DNA from: Eledone cirrhosa | Lineage: Eukaryota | DNA: 64,000 nt | Assembly (NCBI GenBank): GCA_964016885.1 | Contig: OZ024743.1 | Coordinates: 348,130,001 to 348,194,000, forward strand | Reading direction: 5' to 3' | In this document: piece by piece, positions 29,914 to 43,329 of the stretch | Numbering within the stretch: the stretch's first letter is position 1 | Layout of the letters: each line of letters starts with the position of its first letter | Program-made: the position numbers and the translations under genes | The notes under the pieces: model-generated | Told to the model about the DNA's origin: nothing | The model's input: only the letters and a program-made list of their open reading frames with translations | The model's database searches: none

Positions 29914-30240
29914 ATAATAATAGTAATAATAATAAATGTGAAGACTAAAATCCAAAGAGGGCTCGATAAAGATAAATATATATCATATATATAAGAACCG
30001 TAGAGCAAATATTTATTAAAATAACAGATTAAAGTTTAAGCAAAGAATCGCTGCTTTCACCTTTAAAGGGATCTTTTAAAACTAACAAAGTCAATCTGTA
30101 AACGCAGAAGTCGATATTTCAAAAAACGTTGCAACCGGAGGGAAACAGGAAGACGATACTTTGGTTCGTAGAAACGTTCCCTGGCAAAGAACGGGAAAAA
30201 ATGAATAAATATACATATAAATATATATATAAATATAAAA
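29911..30240 (-). mobile_element. PLE-2 family pLTR fragment with tail
   Basis: Reverse complement of about 38030-38321. Abuts (TA)n. Confidence 0.85.
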
Positions 30241-30614
30241 TATTAAAAAAATAGTGAATAAAACAATGAAACAGTTCCTTATATTAAACAAAAAAAGTTC
30301 ATTATTTAACGATCGTTTCTGGGATATATATGTGTTAGAATTGGCATGTATATTTAACAGATCTATGTACAAAATTATACAAAATTATACAAACTATCAA
30401 AATTAAATATACATACCAACTCATATATATGCCGTCTTCAGAAATAATCTGTTTTATTCACTATTTTTTAAATATTTTATCTTGACTCTGTATTCCGTTT
30501 ATCTTTCACCGAAAGTGATTTTTCATTGCATCTCTTCTTTCCATGATATCCGGATTACATTGAGTTCTTCATACGGATTGGACACTACTGTAAACTCTTG
30601 GTAGATTTATCTAC

Positions 30615-30671
<57 letters not shown>

Positions 30672-30693
30672 TTACATATACATATTATATGTA

Positions 30694-30851
30694 TGTTTCA
30701 GAAGATCCCGTTCAGGGTGAAAGCAGCGATTCTTTGCTTAAACTTTAATCTGTTATTTTAATAAATATATGCTCTACGGTTCTTATATATTTGATATATA
30801 TTTATCCTTATCGAGCCCTCTTTGGATTTTAATCTTCAAATGTATTATTAT

Positions 30852-30855
<4 letters not shown>
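30694..30855 (+). mobile_element. PLE-2 family pLTR end with tail
   Basis: Matches 38162-38321 and lies between (TA)n tracts. Confidence 0.85.
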
Positions 30856-30922
<67 letters not shown>

Positions 30923-31069
30923 AATATATATATACATACATGATGGATGCAAACTCATATTCGAGCATTGCCACCACCCGATAGAATGCTAAAACAAACA
31001 TTAGGCATGAATTTGGCTCTTTAAACCAGCCCAAAACGTGTACCCTCTGATACACTCATGACAATTGTA

Positions 31070-31690
31070 GGGAATTTCCACTGCATGGTTCCGACTGTGT
31101 GTTCTCATATGTCTTTTAATGCCTCCCATACTTGCATATTCCTTGCCACATTCCTTAAACCCATTCAGATCATAATCTACATGAGGTCTACTATATGACT
31201 TTGTTCATGTCTAATCAAACCACCATTTCACAGGCAGACTCAACCACACTGTTGACAAACCAGATGTTGCTCAATAGCAGGCAGTTCAGAACAGTCCATT
31301 TTCCTCACATTCATTTTCAGTGTTAGGTGTTTCCTTTGACGAGTTTCATATTGTTCACTTCCTGACTTGATCAAACGTCATCACTTCACACGCCCCTCAG
31401 CCATTTTCTCCTATTCGTCAGAGGAAATTCCAGCACAAGCCAATGTGCTCCTGACACAGTCCCGGTACAGCATTTTTGGTTTATGTAGTAGTCGCCTTCC
31501 TTCTCACAGTTCTCCGTAGAGGAGTTGCTTTGGAATATGATCGTCAGACACCCAGACCAAGTGACCGCACAACCTCAGCCAATGCACCTGCTCCGTTCGA
31601 GAACTTCCAAATCACTGGCGAACATTTTCCATTGCACTCCAAGTATCTTACGAAGAGATTGTTAGTGAAACCTCTCCAGTTCCTTGAGCT
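31070..31690 (-). mobile_element. RTE LINE 3' fragment with a C2H2-like end
   Basis: Minus-strand LRLCGHL.../LRRTVRRKA region and a CQQCG..C...GGLIRHEQSH motif. Confidence 0.6.
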
Positions 31691-31980
31691 GCTTTCTGTA
31701 TGTGATGATTATGAAGATTAATGGAGAATATAAAGCAAGGTCATTTAACTATAAAGCCTAAGACTACGCATGCACCCACACATGCACAATTATGCTTATG
31801 TCAGTGTTTTAGTTTTCGAAGCATGTTAAAATATGTTAAAGCTATTAATTGTATATAGTTGCGGTTTTTGAAAAGAAATATTTTTCCGAGCTATAGAGCA
31901 GTACTTTTAGTTATTTATCTTAAAAAAGATAAATATCTATATATAAATATATATACATACATATATAGATATATATATAC

Positions 31981-32089
<109 letters not shown>

Positions 32090-32152
32090 CATATATATAT
32101 ATACATATATATATATACATATACATATATACATATATATATATACATATAC

Positions 32153-32189
<37 letters not shown>

Positions 32190-32241
32190 CATACATATAT
32201 ATATATATTTACATATATATATATACATTTATATATACATT

Positions 32242-32273
<32 letters not shown>

Positions 32274-32274
32274 C

Positions 32275-32343
<69 letters not shown>

Positions 32344-32422
32344 CATATATATATATACATATATATATATACATATATATATATACATATACATATATAC
32401 ATATATATATATATACATATAC

Positions 32423-32479
<57 letters not shown>

Positions 32480-33478
32480 CATATATATATATATATACAT
32501 ATATATATAGTTATACTTGGGGAGGGTCATATTTGCGTAATATTGCCAGAATAAATAACAGAACACACTCACTGTTTGGTTGGTTTTCGCTTCTCGCTGT
32601 CTTTTATTATATCTGCGATCTAACTTACTCGGTCCTCAATGTTGCCATTGACTGACCGGCGGTCAAAAATAATACAGATACAATATAGACACAAACACAT
32701 ATATATATATATAGTTTACATAATTTACATAAATCTTTCGTTGCACATCTGCAACATCGTCAGTGGTGTTATATTCATTGTTCCTCCTGTTGTGTTGTAT
32801 GTCTACGCCATTTTTTTTTGTTCAGTCTGTCTATATATTTATTTATTTATTTGCTTGTTTGTTTATCTTATTTTATTTGTCTTCTTTGCGCATGCGTTTG
32901 CGTGTGTGTATAGTGTTATGTGTGATGTGTGACTAGTGTGTATAGTGTTGTGTCTGCTGGGTGACTAGTGTGTGTTTATGTGCTTGTTGTTATTGTGCTT
33001 GTGTATGTATTTATTTATCTTATTTTATTTAATTTTATTTACTTATTTATACTTCTCTTAGGTCAGTGTTGTTTGTTTAGGTGTTGTTGTTGTTCCACTC
33101 ATTCTTTCTGTTTAGCTTTGGTCTTCTAATTTCTATTTCACTGGCCTCTCTGATTTGCCTATCTGCTGGGTCATTCCTATGTTTAGATATTATTCTAATT
33201 TCTATGTTGTCTATGTTACCGTCATGTTGTTGTCTAGCATGTTCGTATAGTACTGACCCGTTTTTTCGTCCTTTTAGTTCCCCCCAGTGTTGGTCTATCC
33301 TTTCACCTATGCTACGAGCTGTCTCACCTATGTATGTTGTTGTCATGTTTCTGCAAGTACCCTCTGTACATCTTATGCTATAGACTACGTTTCTAGTTTT
33401 ACAGTTTATCCGGGGTTCACCTTACATATGATACAATTCCTATTGGTACAGTGGGTTTTCTTAAAAGGGTAGGTTTTA

Positions 33479-34147
33479 GAAAAGTATAAGACCCTCATAG
33501 AACTGGACATGAAAGGAATCTGCCCACTATACAGGAGCAAATCATGGAATAGCTTAGATAGGGCTAGACATAAGATAGGGAAGGCCACATCATGGTACGA
33601 CAACCAGAGATATCAGAGTGTCATGTTTGTGGACGCCACCCCTGGAGGGAAATTAGCTAACCAGTGTAGAAAGGCCCTGAGAAAGACCCACTTAAAAATA
33701 AAGGTGGTAGAAAAGCCAGGAACCACCATAAAATCCCTGATCAGCAAAACCTACCCTTTTAAGAAAACCCACTGTACCAATAGGAAGTGTATCATATGTA
33801 AGGTGAACCCCCGGATAAACTGTAAAACTAGAAACGTAGTCTATAGCATAAGATGTACAGAGGGTACTTGCAGAAACATGACAACAACATACATAGGTGA
33901 GACAGCTCGTAGAATAGGTGAAAGGATAGACCAACACTGGGGGGAACTAAAAGGACGAAAAAACGGGTCAGTACTATACGAACATGCTAGACAACAACAT
34001 GACGGTAACATAGACAACATAGAAATTAGAATAATATCTAAACATAGGAATGACCCAGCAGATAGGCAAATCAGAGAGGCCAGTGAAATAGAAATTAGAA
34101 GACCAAAGCTAAACAGAAAGAATGAGTGGAACAACAACAACACCTAA
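33479..34147 (+). CDS. PLE ORF C-terminus: RT thumb remnant, Cys-rich linker and GIY-YIG endonuclease (5'-truncated)
   Basis: Open frame from 33479. Motifs: CTNRKCIIC, NVVYSIRC...YIGETAR.IGER..QH, RQIREA, LN. Confidence 0.9.
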   Translation, partial: EKYKTLIELDMKGICPLYRSKSWNSLDRARHKIGKATSWYDNQRYQSVMFVDATPGGKLANQCRKALRKTHLKIKVVEKPGTTIKSLISKTYPFKKTHCTNRKCIICKVNPRINCKTRNVVYSIRCTEGTCRNMTTTYIGETARRIGERIDQHWGELKGRKNGSVLYEHARQQHDGNIDNIEIRIISKHRNDPADRQIREASEIEIRRPKLNRKNEWNNNNT

Positions 34148-34455
34148 ACAAACAACACTGACCTAAGAGAAGTATAAATAAGTAAATAAAATTAAATAAA
34201 ATAAGATAAATAAATACATACACAAGCACAATAACAACAAGCACATAAACACACGCTAGTCACCCAGCAGACACAACACTATACACACTAGTCACACATC
34301 ACACATAACACTATACACACACGCAAACGCATGCGCAAAGAAGACAAATAAAATAAGATAAACAAACAAGCAAATAAATAAATAAATATATAGACAGACT
34401 TAACAAAAAAAAAATGGCGTAGACATACAACACAACAGGAGGAACAATGAATATA

Positions 34456-34498
34456 ACACCACTGACGATGTTGCAGATGTGCAACGAAAGATTTATGT
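34456..34498 (+). ncRNA. Minimal HHR in the PLE-1 pLTR; mirror copy at 32728-32765 on the minus strand
   Basis: ca-CTGACGA-t-gttgca-gatg-tgcaac-GAAA-gatt-TA-tg. Stem I is weak. Confidence 0.7.
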
Positions 34499-34793
34499 AA
34501 ATTATGTAAACTATATATATATATATGTGTTTGTGTCTATATTGTATCTGTATTATTTTTGACCGCCGGTCAGTCAATGGCAACATTGAGGACCGAGTAA
34601 GTTAGATCGCAGATATAATAAAAGACAGCGAGAAGCGAAAACCAACCAAACAGTGAGTGTGTTCTGTTATTAATTCTGGCAATATTACGCAAATATGACC
34701 CTCCCCAAGTATAACAATATCTGTTTCGACACACGATTTCATATAAAAAACCTCGCAAAACTAATTCATCGCCGCCATATATATATATACATT

Positions 34794-34879
<86 letters not shown>

Positions 34880-34930
34880 CATATATATATATTTTATATA
34901 TATATATATACATATATATATATACACATA

Positions 34931-34962
<32 letters not shown>

Positions 34963-35013
34963 CATATATATATATACATATATATATATACATATATATA
35001 TATATACATATAC

Positions 35014-35044
<31 letters not shown>

Positions 35045-35045
35045 C

Positions 35046-35123
<78 letters not shown>

Positions 35124-35124
35124 T

Positions 35125-35289
<165 letters not shown>

Positions 35290-35290
35290 T

Positions 35291-38200
35291 ATATTTATTA
35301 AAATAACAGATTAAAGTTTAAGCAAAGAATCGCTGCTTTCACCCTTAACGGGATCTTCTGAAACTAACAAAGTCAATCTGTAAACGCAGAACTGGATATT
35401 TCAAAAAACGTTGCAACCGGAGGAAGACAGGAAGACGATACTTTGGTTCGTGGAAACGTTCGCTGGCAAAGAACGGGAAAAAACGAATAATACGTCATTA
35501 ATAGGAGCGGTGAAAAACAATTACGTGCAAAGACAGAACCACGTTTATGGTATAAAAGAGGTCGTAGACTAATGTTCTCTTAGGTGGTGCATAGAGACGT
35601 TATCTGGCAATGAACGAAAAAACGAAGATAATAAGTCATATGTGGAGCGTGGAGAACAATAGCACGCAAAGACAAAACCACGTAAACGGTATAGCAGAAG
35701 TCGTAGACTAAAATACTAACTAGGAGACCAAATGAATCTCCGCTACAGAGTTAAGAACAAAGTAAATAAATACAATACAGAAGTAATAGAAATAAATAAA
35801 TACATACACGCAAACAGATACGTACATACACAAGCATCCGCAAAACCTTACCATAGGTATACGAAACCACGCACATATAAATATGTGTGTGTATGTATGC
35901 TTGTGTACAAAGAAATAAATAATTATATAAACGTATATAAGTAAATAAATACGTATATAACAAGCGCACGCACATACCTGCGAATAAATACACGAAAGTT
36001 CGGAGACGTAAGTCAACTAAAACAAGAAGTACACATATACACACACCCACCATACGTACGAACCTGCATACTCACGCAGACGCAAAACTCCCGTATACAC
36101 ATATCTAAAGCCTAAATACCAGAATATGTAAAAATTCCCCAACGCGGGCGGTGGTTTGTACCGTGACGATGGTCTTTTGACCATGACTAAGTGCGGACCT
36201 CGTCCTTGCGACAGGTTCAGAAAAGAACTCACAGCCTTCTTTAAAGGCTTCAACCTCTCTATACAGGTTGAGGACAATCTCTCGGTCGTTAATTACCTCG
36301 ACGTTAACCTCAATTTATTGAATGGGTTGTATTACCCGTATAGAAAGCCGAATGATACGCTTATTACATAAGTAAGCATTCCAACCATCCTGCCAGCATA
36401 ACCAAGAACCTGGTAAAAAACGTTTCGTTGAGGCTTTCCCGTCTTTCCACCAACGAGCGCATTTTCAACGACCATTCCACTTATTACAATGAAGCTCTTG
36501 CTCGAAGTGGATTTGTCGATAAAGTAGCTTATACAGAGTACGAAAATAGACCTAGAAGAAATAGATCCCGTCGCATTTGTTGGTTTAACCCACCATATAA
36601 TATGGAGGTGGCCACACCATTAGCTAAGATCTTTCTTTCCCTTATTACGAAGCATTTTCCCCCTACACATAAATATAGTAAAATTTTTAATAGAAATACT
36701 ATTAAAATGTCTTACTCTACGACTCCTAACCTTGCACATAATATCACAGCTTCAAAGTTAGCTAAACTACCTAGCCGTAGGAACACGTGCAACCCTGTAG
36801 TTAGTACTAACTGTAATTGTAGGAATCGGGCTGATTGCCCCCTATCCGGGAAATGCCTCTCTAGTAACTTTGTCTACAAATGTAAGGTTGTAACACCCAC
36901 GTCCCGTAGGGCCTACATAGGGTTAACCGCCAATAGTTTCAAGCAGTTTCCTTTCGTTACCCTCTAAGAAGGAATATGACGTCACTTTCAGCTTATATCT
37001 GGAGTCTAAAAGACAACCACACCCAATATAAGTTACACTGGGAGATCCTAGCTAGGGCTAGATCGTATTACGGAAATAAAAGACCATGTGACCTCTGCGC
37101 CGCTGAGGCCCTGGAATTATTCTACGCCACAGACCACATCTTAAACAAAAAATCCAAGGCAATTTCGGCTTGTAAACATAAATTGCACAAAACTTTCCTG
37201 TATTACAGCCCCACTTTATACCCCACCGGATAGCACGATCTATACGTGGATATTTTACGTCTTGATGCGGGAGCTAAGTATATGTTTTGTTTATTCCTTT
37301 ACTTATTTGCATAGGTAAGTATATATTACCCGTATGTTTTGTGAAGATTGTATACCTTCTCGTACGTATATTTGACTGTTATGGCGAATAATTTTTACAT
37401 ATTCTGGTATTTAGGCTTTGGCTATGTGTATACGGGAGTTTTGCGTCTGCGTGAGTATGCAGGTTCGTACGTATGGTGGGTGTGTGTATATGTGTACTTC
37501 TTGTTTTAGTTGACTTACGTCTCCGAACTTTCGTGTATTTATTTGTAGGTATGTGTGTGCGCTTGTTATATACGTATTTATTTACTTATATACGTTTATA
37601 TAATTATTTATTTATTTGTACACAAGCATACACACACACACATATTTATATGTGCGTGGTTTCGTATACCTATGGTAAGGTTTTGCGGATGCTTGTGTAT
37701 GTACGTATCTGTTTGCGTGTATGTATTTATTTATTTCTATTACTTCTGTATTGTATTTATTTACTTTGTTCTTAACTCTGTAGCGGAGATTCATTTGGTC
37801 TCCTAGTTAGTATTTTAGTCTACGACTTCTGCTATACCATTTACGTGGTTTTGTCTTTGCGTGCTATTGTTCTCCACGCTCCACATATGACTTATTATCT
37901 TCGTTTTTTCGTTCATTGCCAGAGAACGTCTCTATGCACCACCTAATTGAACATTAGTCTACAACCTCTTTTATACGATAAACGTGGTTCTGTCTTTGCA
38001 CGTAATTGTTTTTCACCGCTCCTATTAATGACATATTATTCATTTTTTCCCGTTCTTTGCCAGCGAACGTTTCCACGAACCAAAGTATCGTCTTCCTGTC
38101 TTCCTCCGGTTGCAACGTTTTTTGAAATATCCAGTTCTGCGTTTACAGATTGACTTTGTTAGTTTCAGAAGATCCCGTTAAGGGTGAAAGCAGCGATTCT

Positions 38201-38318
38201 TTGCTTAAACTTTAATCTGTTATTTTAATAAATATTTGCTCTACGGTTCTTATATATTTGATATATATTTATCCTTATCGAGCCCTCTTTGGATTTTAGT
38301 CTTCAAATTTATTATTAT

Positions 38319-38321
<3 letters not shown>
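35291..38321 (+). mobile_element. Penelope-like element PLE-2 (Nematis type), 5'-truncated with an 846-bp inverted arm
   Basis: Arms are 35291-36136 and 37390-38235, with an 86-bp unduplicated tail. The pLTR has an internal tandem duplication of about 140 bp. (TA)n lies on both sides. Confidence 0.92.
36138..37233 (+). pseudogene. PLE RT (YRDD) and GIY-YIG endonuclease, frameshifted
   Basis: Motifs: GLYRDDGL, VNYLDV, PYRKPN, WFNPP, CNC....CPL.G.C, VYKC...YIGLT, CDLC..E. The frame breaks near 36370 and 36950. Confidence 0.9.
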
Positions 38322-38357
<36 letters not shown>

Positions 38358-38360
<3 letters not shown>

Positions 38361-38435
38361 TACGAATCCAATTCCTGGAGTGGGCGATCCGTTATATCCT
38401 TGAGCAAGACACTTTACTTCACGTTGCGCCTTCTA
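38358..38435 (+). mobile_element. CORE-like SINE fragment
   Basis: ccttgagcaagacactttacttcacgttg, related to 52220-52535. Confidence 0.5.
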
Positions 38436-40239
38436 CATGGAGTTGCGACCGCTAGAGTGTATTAGCAATTGAATAGACCAATGGAAACATTTGTTTCCTC
38501 GGTCCGATTTGACGAGAGTCAATCGCATGTCTATATATATGTATACTGATAATAATTTAACTAAACACCTGGCATGTGAACCTCAACTGAATAATAACTA
38601 AATTCAGTTTATATAGGAAACATATTATGAATTGTATATATGTGTTGCTACTCATCAACAACCTTTTTAAAATCAACCCACCTGTTTCTTTTTTCTAGCA
38701 TATCCAAACTGTAATTGCTGTTTAATCCTATTAGTCCTTTAGGACTAACATAGACTTCCTCACTTTCAATTACATAAATACTAAAATACAATAGTGGATT
38801 ACGATTGAGAGTTAATGATGATAGAATTTGTGAACTATACCGATTACATCGTATACCCAGTATTCATAAGTTTAATGGTATACGTGGCTTAGTATGAATT
38901 ATTGTATATATTCATACATGTGAATACCCTTTGCATTTGTAATTCAAATTAGGAATCCACACAGTTGGAAATCGATTTCCTAAATCAAATATCGGTTATT
39001 ACACGGTGATTCTTAATCGTTAAGTAACGTAAGTATAATTAGCTACGCTGTAACACAGGACATAAATTAAACAGATTACTTTACACCGAAATACATCACG
39101 TTACACCGCCTATTCCTTTTGAAATTGCCGCTCGCTATGGTAATGTCGGACAATGTTAGATATCAAGCTGCTTTATATTTTCTGCTACTGATTTTGTCTT
39201 ATATCACAGTGAGTAACATGTTTGATAATAATAATGAACTTATCTATTTCACACATTTTATGAACCATTTTCAAGCGTTTTGTTCACGGTACGCTCGAAG
39301 ATGACATCAGTTGCCGATGTTATATTTCATGAAAACAATTTCCTAGTATGAGATGTTCTTTAAGTTGCGTATGCTTGTGTAAGCACTGTGTTCAGCTGTG
39401 GCAGAACCACATCTAGTCAAGCTTTGTAGCCGACATTCTTGTGGACACGATAAGAAGAATCATCCATTTTGCATTGTGAAAAGCCTTATATATAATGCTT
39501 CAAGGAAACCGGATTTTTACCATCCGCATACATACACACCGACATCCATTCAGAAATTTAGACAGACAGAGACACTTGCGCAATTTTCGCACACGCGCAA
39601 CTACACATTTCACACAAACCCACATCACCTACAGACAAACCACGCATCATGCTCTCTTAACCACACACACACACACATACACACACACACACACACACTC
39701 ACACATACACACAGACACATGCACATCTACACATAAAACCACACCCGATCCCACTCCGCCTCCAGATTTGACACGATCTCATCTCACCCCGTCCAACCCT
39801 TTCAATCCACAAAAAAATACACCTATACAGGGATATATACACACACAGACATACACTCCACTCCCCCACACACAATGGTTTTTCAAAACCTACAATCGCA
39901 TGCACTCGCTTTCTCCCAGACTATCACACTTACATACACGTATACACACACACTTTACCTTCCGTCATCCTCACTCAGAATCCAATTTTCCTTTCCCCCT
40001 CTCTCTTCACCTCCACCCACCCCTCACCTACCACCACACCCTTGCCTTCCCACACACTCTCACTTTTTAATATTCTGTTGTTTTTTTAACTCTGTGTTTT
40101 CTATATATATTCCGTTTAAACCTCTTTCTATTTATTTTGACTTCATGTTTCATATTTATTTTTATTTCTACCCCCCCCCCCGTCATTTCATGTTCTTCCA
40201 GCTAACTCACCCCTCACTCTCTCTCGGATTTCCTTCACC

Positions 40240-40280
40240 CATTCTTCTTATGAAAGACTTATGTCCGAAACGTCGTGCAA
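40240..40280 (+). ncRNA. Decayed HHR at the end of a CA-rich pLTR-like remnant (about 39480-40340)
   Basis: CTtATGA-a-agac-ttat-gtcc-GAAA-cg-TC. The core G5 is mutated and stem I is lost. Confidence 0.4.
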
Positions 40281-41246
40281 AACACCTTCCCATTCTCACT
40301 AAGCGTTACTCCTGCGTTTGTTTGCTTGTCATTTTGAACTACATATATATATATATATTTTATTACTAAATATATCTAAATGTTTCTTCTCTCTTCATAA
40401 TGTATTTTTAACTCTGATACTGGTTCAGTCTAGTTCAACCGGATTGGTCTGTCCCAGTCATTCATTGAGCAACATCGGTGAGGTTGGCACCCTTAACTCA
40501 CGGTTGGGTGTGGATGCATTCATGTATATGTGTGTGTCCGCATGTATCTGTGTGTTTCTATATATATTGTTAATAACTCCCTCTGGTCGAGTAATCTTTG
40601 AAGTGTGGTGACTGCTGGAAGGCTTCCATTACTCATACTTCTCGCCTCCAACACCACCTCTTCTACGGCTTCGATATAAATACCCCTCCGCCTCCGTGGT
40701 ATTTTCTTCGGGGTTATAAGAGGCTTAGCTCTGTTTCTCGACCGTTATATCCCGTGACTATCTCCCCCTCCGCCTTTTGGGATTCTTTCTCACGTCGTGT
40801 AGACGCGTTCTTGAGGCTAGTAAAATGAGGTATCCTCTTGATAAGTCGGCAGACCTCGCAAGGACTCTATATCTTTATGATGTATTGTTTTTTTTATGCC
40901 AGGAAACTACGTAGTCGAGGAATCTAGGAGCAGTTTAGGTATGATACATTTTATTACTAATTATATCTAAATGTTTCTTCTCCCTTCATAATGTATATAT
41001 ATATATATATACCAATGAAAATTCAACTGATAAGGTATGGTTTCGTTGGCTATGTCAACATTTATAAAACACTCTTTGTATTTTATTTGATGAAAGCGTA
41101 CCAAAGTTTTTGGTACCTTTAAATATATATAATAGAATAAATATGGTTTTATACATATAGTTTCCATCAGAAATTTGTCAAGTGCTCTGAATTTGTTATA
41201 AACATTTATATTTGTTGAATTTCCAACAAATTAAATATCCCTTCTA

Positions 41247-41608
<362 letters not shown>

Positions 41609-43329
41609 TGTGTGTGTGTGTGTGGTTGGGTGCGTGTGTAGAATTATAACTTAGCTGCGAACATACCTTTTTTACAAATATGTATCTGAATTTCGTATTT
41701 CTAAAGAAATATGGTATGTTTATAAATGAACATTTACAGCGCCAGAGCTATGAATAACACACTGGCAGTTAACGCCACCAGGCGGTGCCCGACAGAAGCA
41801 GGGGAGATAATCGTCAATGCATTTCGAACTCAACTGGTTCTCGTCAGGATGATCTCTCCCTCTCTTGCAACTGCCGGACGAATCTGTATAAGTTGTTTCA
41901 ACTTATAATAGAATAAGGTTTGCTTCTAGTACCGGTTTCACCTTAGCGCACTCTGTTGGTAAGGTTATATACAATAGAATTGAAGCAATCGGCTCTAGTC
42001 TCCATGTACACTGGTGAATACGGTGCGACAGTAAACAATGGTAGTGTTGAAAACCTTTCCGGACATTAAATTCCAACAGGCAAGTAGATAGCAATATAGA
42101 ATTAATATGCTGGCTAGAATTCGATTTCGGGATATTTTGACCAAGCACGTGCGTAAACCCGATCAATTTCACAACTTATACGAATATAGGTGAGCGAGAG
42201 AAAAAGATAGAGCAGGGATTAGAGTGTATATTGAACAAAACAATAAAACATGTGGAAAATTGCTCAACGTACTCTCATTTGAATCTGCTAGTTGGGAGAA
42301 AATAATAATAATAAGTTGACGGGACTACATAAGGTTTCCCTGCTAGTACCTGTTGCATTTTAGCGTACTCAATAGTGAAGTTTATGTAAAAACCCCACAG
42401 TAACACGAAGTCATTTGCCTCAATACGACACACGTATATGGGTACCATAAACTTATAACCGTACTCTAATTTCGTCCACACTTAATGCAGCAAGAGAGCG
42501 TACAGCATTCATTGTCTTCATTTTATTATGCAGTAATGCACAATCGGCGCATGTGGCTTCATCAACGGGTCTCGCCTAATCAATAACCGACAGAATTCGA
42601 TTCCAGGCCGTGCCGCCTATGGCAGTAAATGCGACAGACGCCACAGTAGTACATTTGTAACTGAAATTCCTTCGCGCCATCAAAATACCGTCAACCGTTT
42701 GGTCACTAGTTCAGAAATTTACCTGATAGTAGGAGTCGATGTTCTATTCTTCGGCCGCTCCATAAGAACTCAACCAACATATCTCAAGTCAAACACAAAT
42801 TCATAAGGTAGTGAAAAAAATCCAGTTATTAGAGAAAATCTGTCTCGAATCGCTGTACAATAGAATGGTAGCATTCGGCTTTCAGTCTAATGATAAAATA
42901 ATTATATATATTTATACATACACATTTGGTTCCCACACTTTTTTTCCATGTTTACACACAATGATTCACGCAAATACTGTCCTCTTTTCACTTGGTAGGT
43001 ATTCTGATATATATTTCAACATCTGCTACTTCCTTTATACACTAAGTGTATATACATGCATTCATTCATATATTCCTATCGTATACTCATTTACGAGAAC
43101 ATGTCATTTCATCAAACCATTTAAATGCATCTATGTATCATAACCTTTTTAACAGTTACCCACACACATCCCCCCCCCATGTCTTTCGATCCCTATCTTT
43201 GTTACTTTTTCTCCCCAGCTCTTATCTCCTTCCAGTCACTGCATCTTAACGACACCTATGTTCATGCAATTTATCTATATGATTCTACGTCGCTGAGAGC
43301 GTACATACATAAATGCTGATTGTTATTTC

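Larger units (their letters stand above)
32510..34776 (+). mobile_element. Penelope-like element PLE-1 (Neptune/Naiad type), 5'-truncated with an inverted arm of about 970 bp
   Basis: Arms are 32510-33477 and 33746-34715, with a 268-bp spacer and a 61-bp unduplicated tail (34716-34776). Embedded in degenerate (TA)n. Confidence 0.92.

Noticed and set aside
33406-33603. Minus-strand ORF ending in a Cys-rich motif
   Set aside because: It is a chimeric frame across the inversion junction, and the arm also carries a 1-nt indel.
33479-34147. Selenocysteine-recoded PLE (described for some Naiads)
   Set aside because: There is no in-frame TGA at the Cys positions in the preserved ORF.
42545-42700. 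GC-richer patch with a B-box-like ttcgattcc and an E2F-like ttcgcgcc, as a possible promoter
   Set aside because: Short motifs only, more likely an eroded SINE head. No gene can be assigned.
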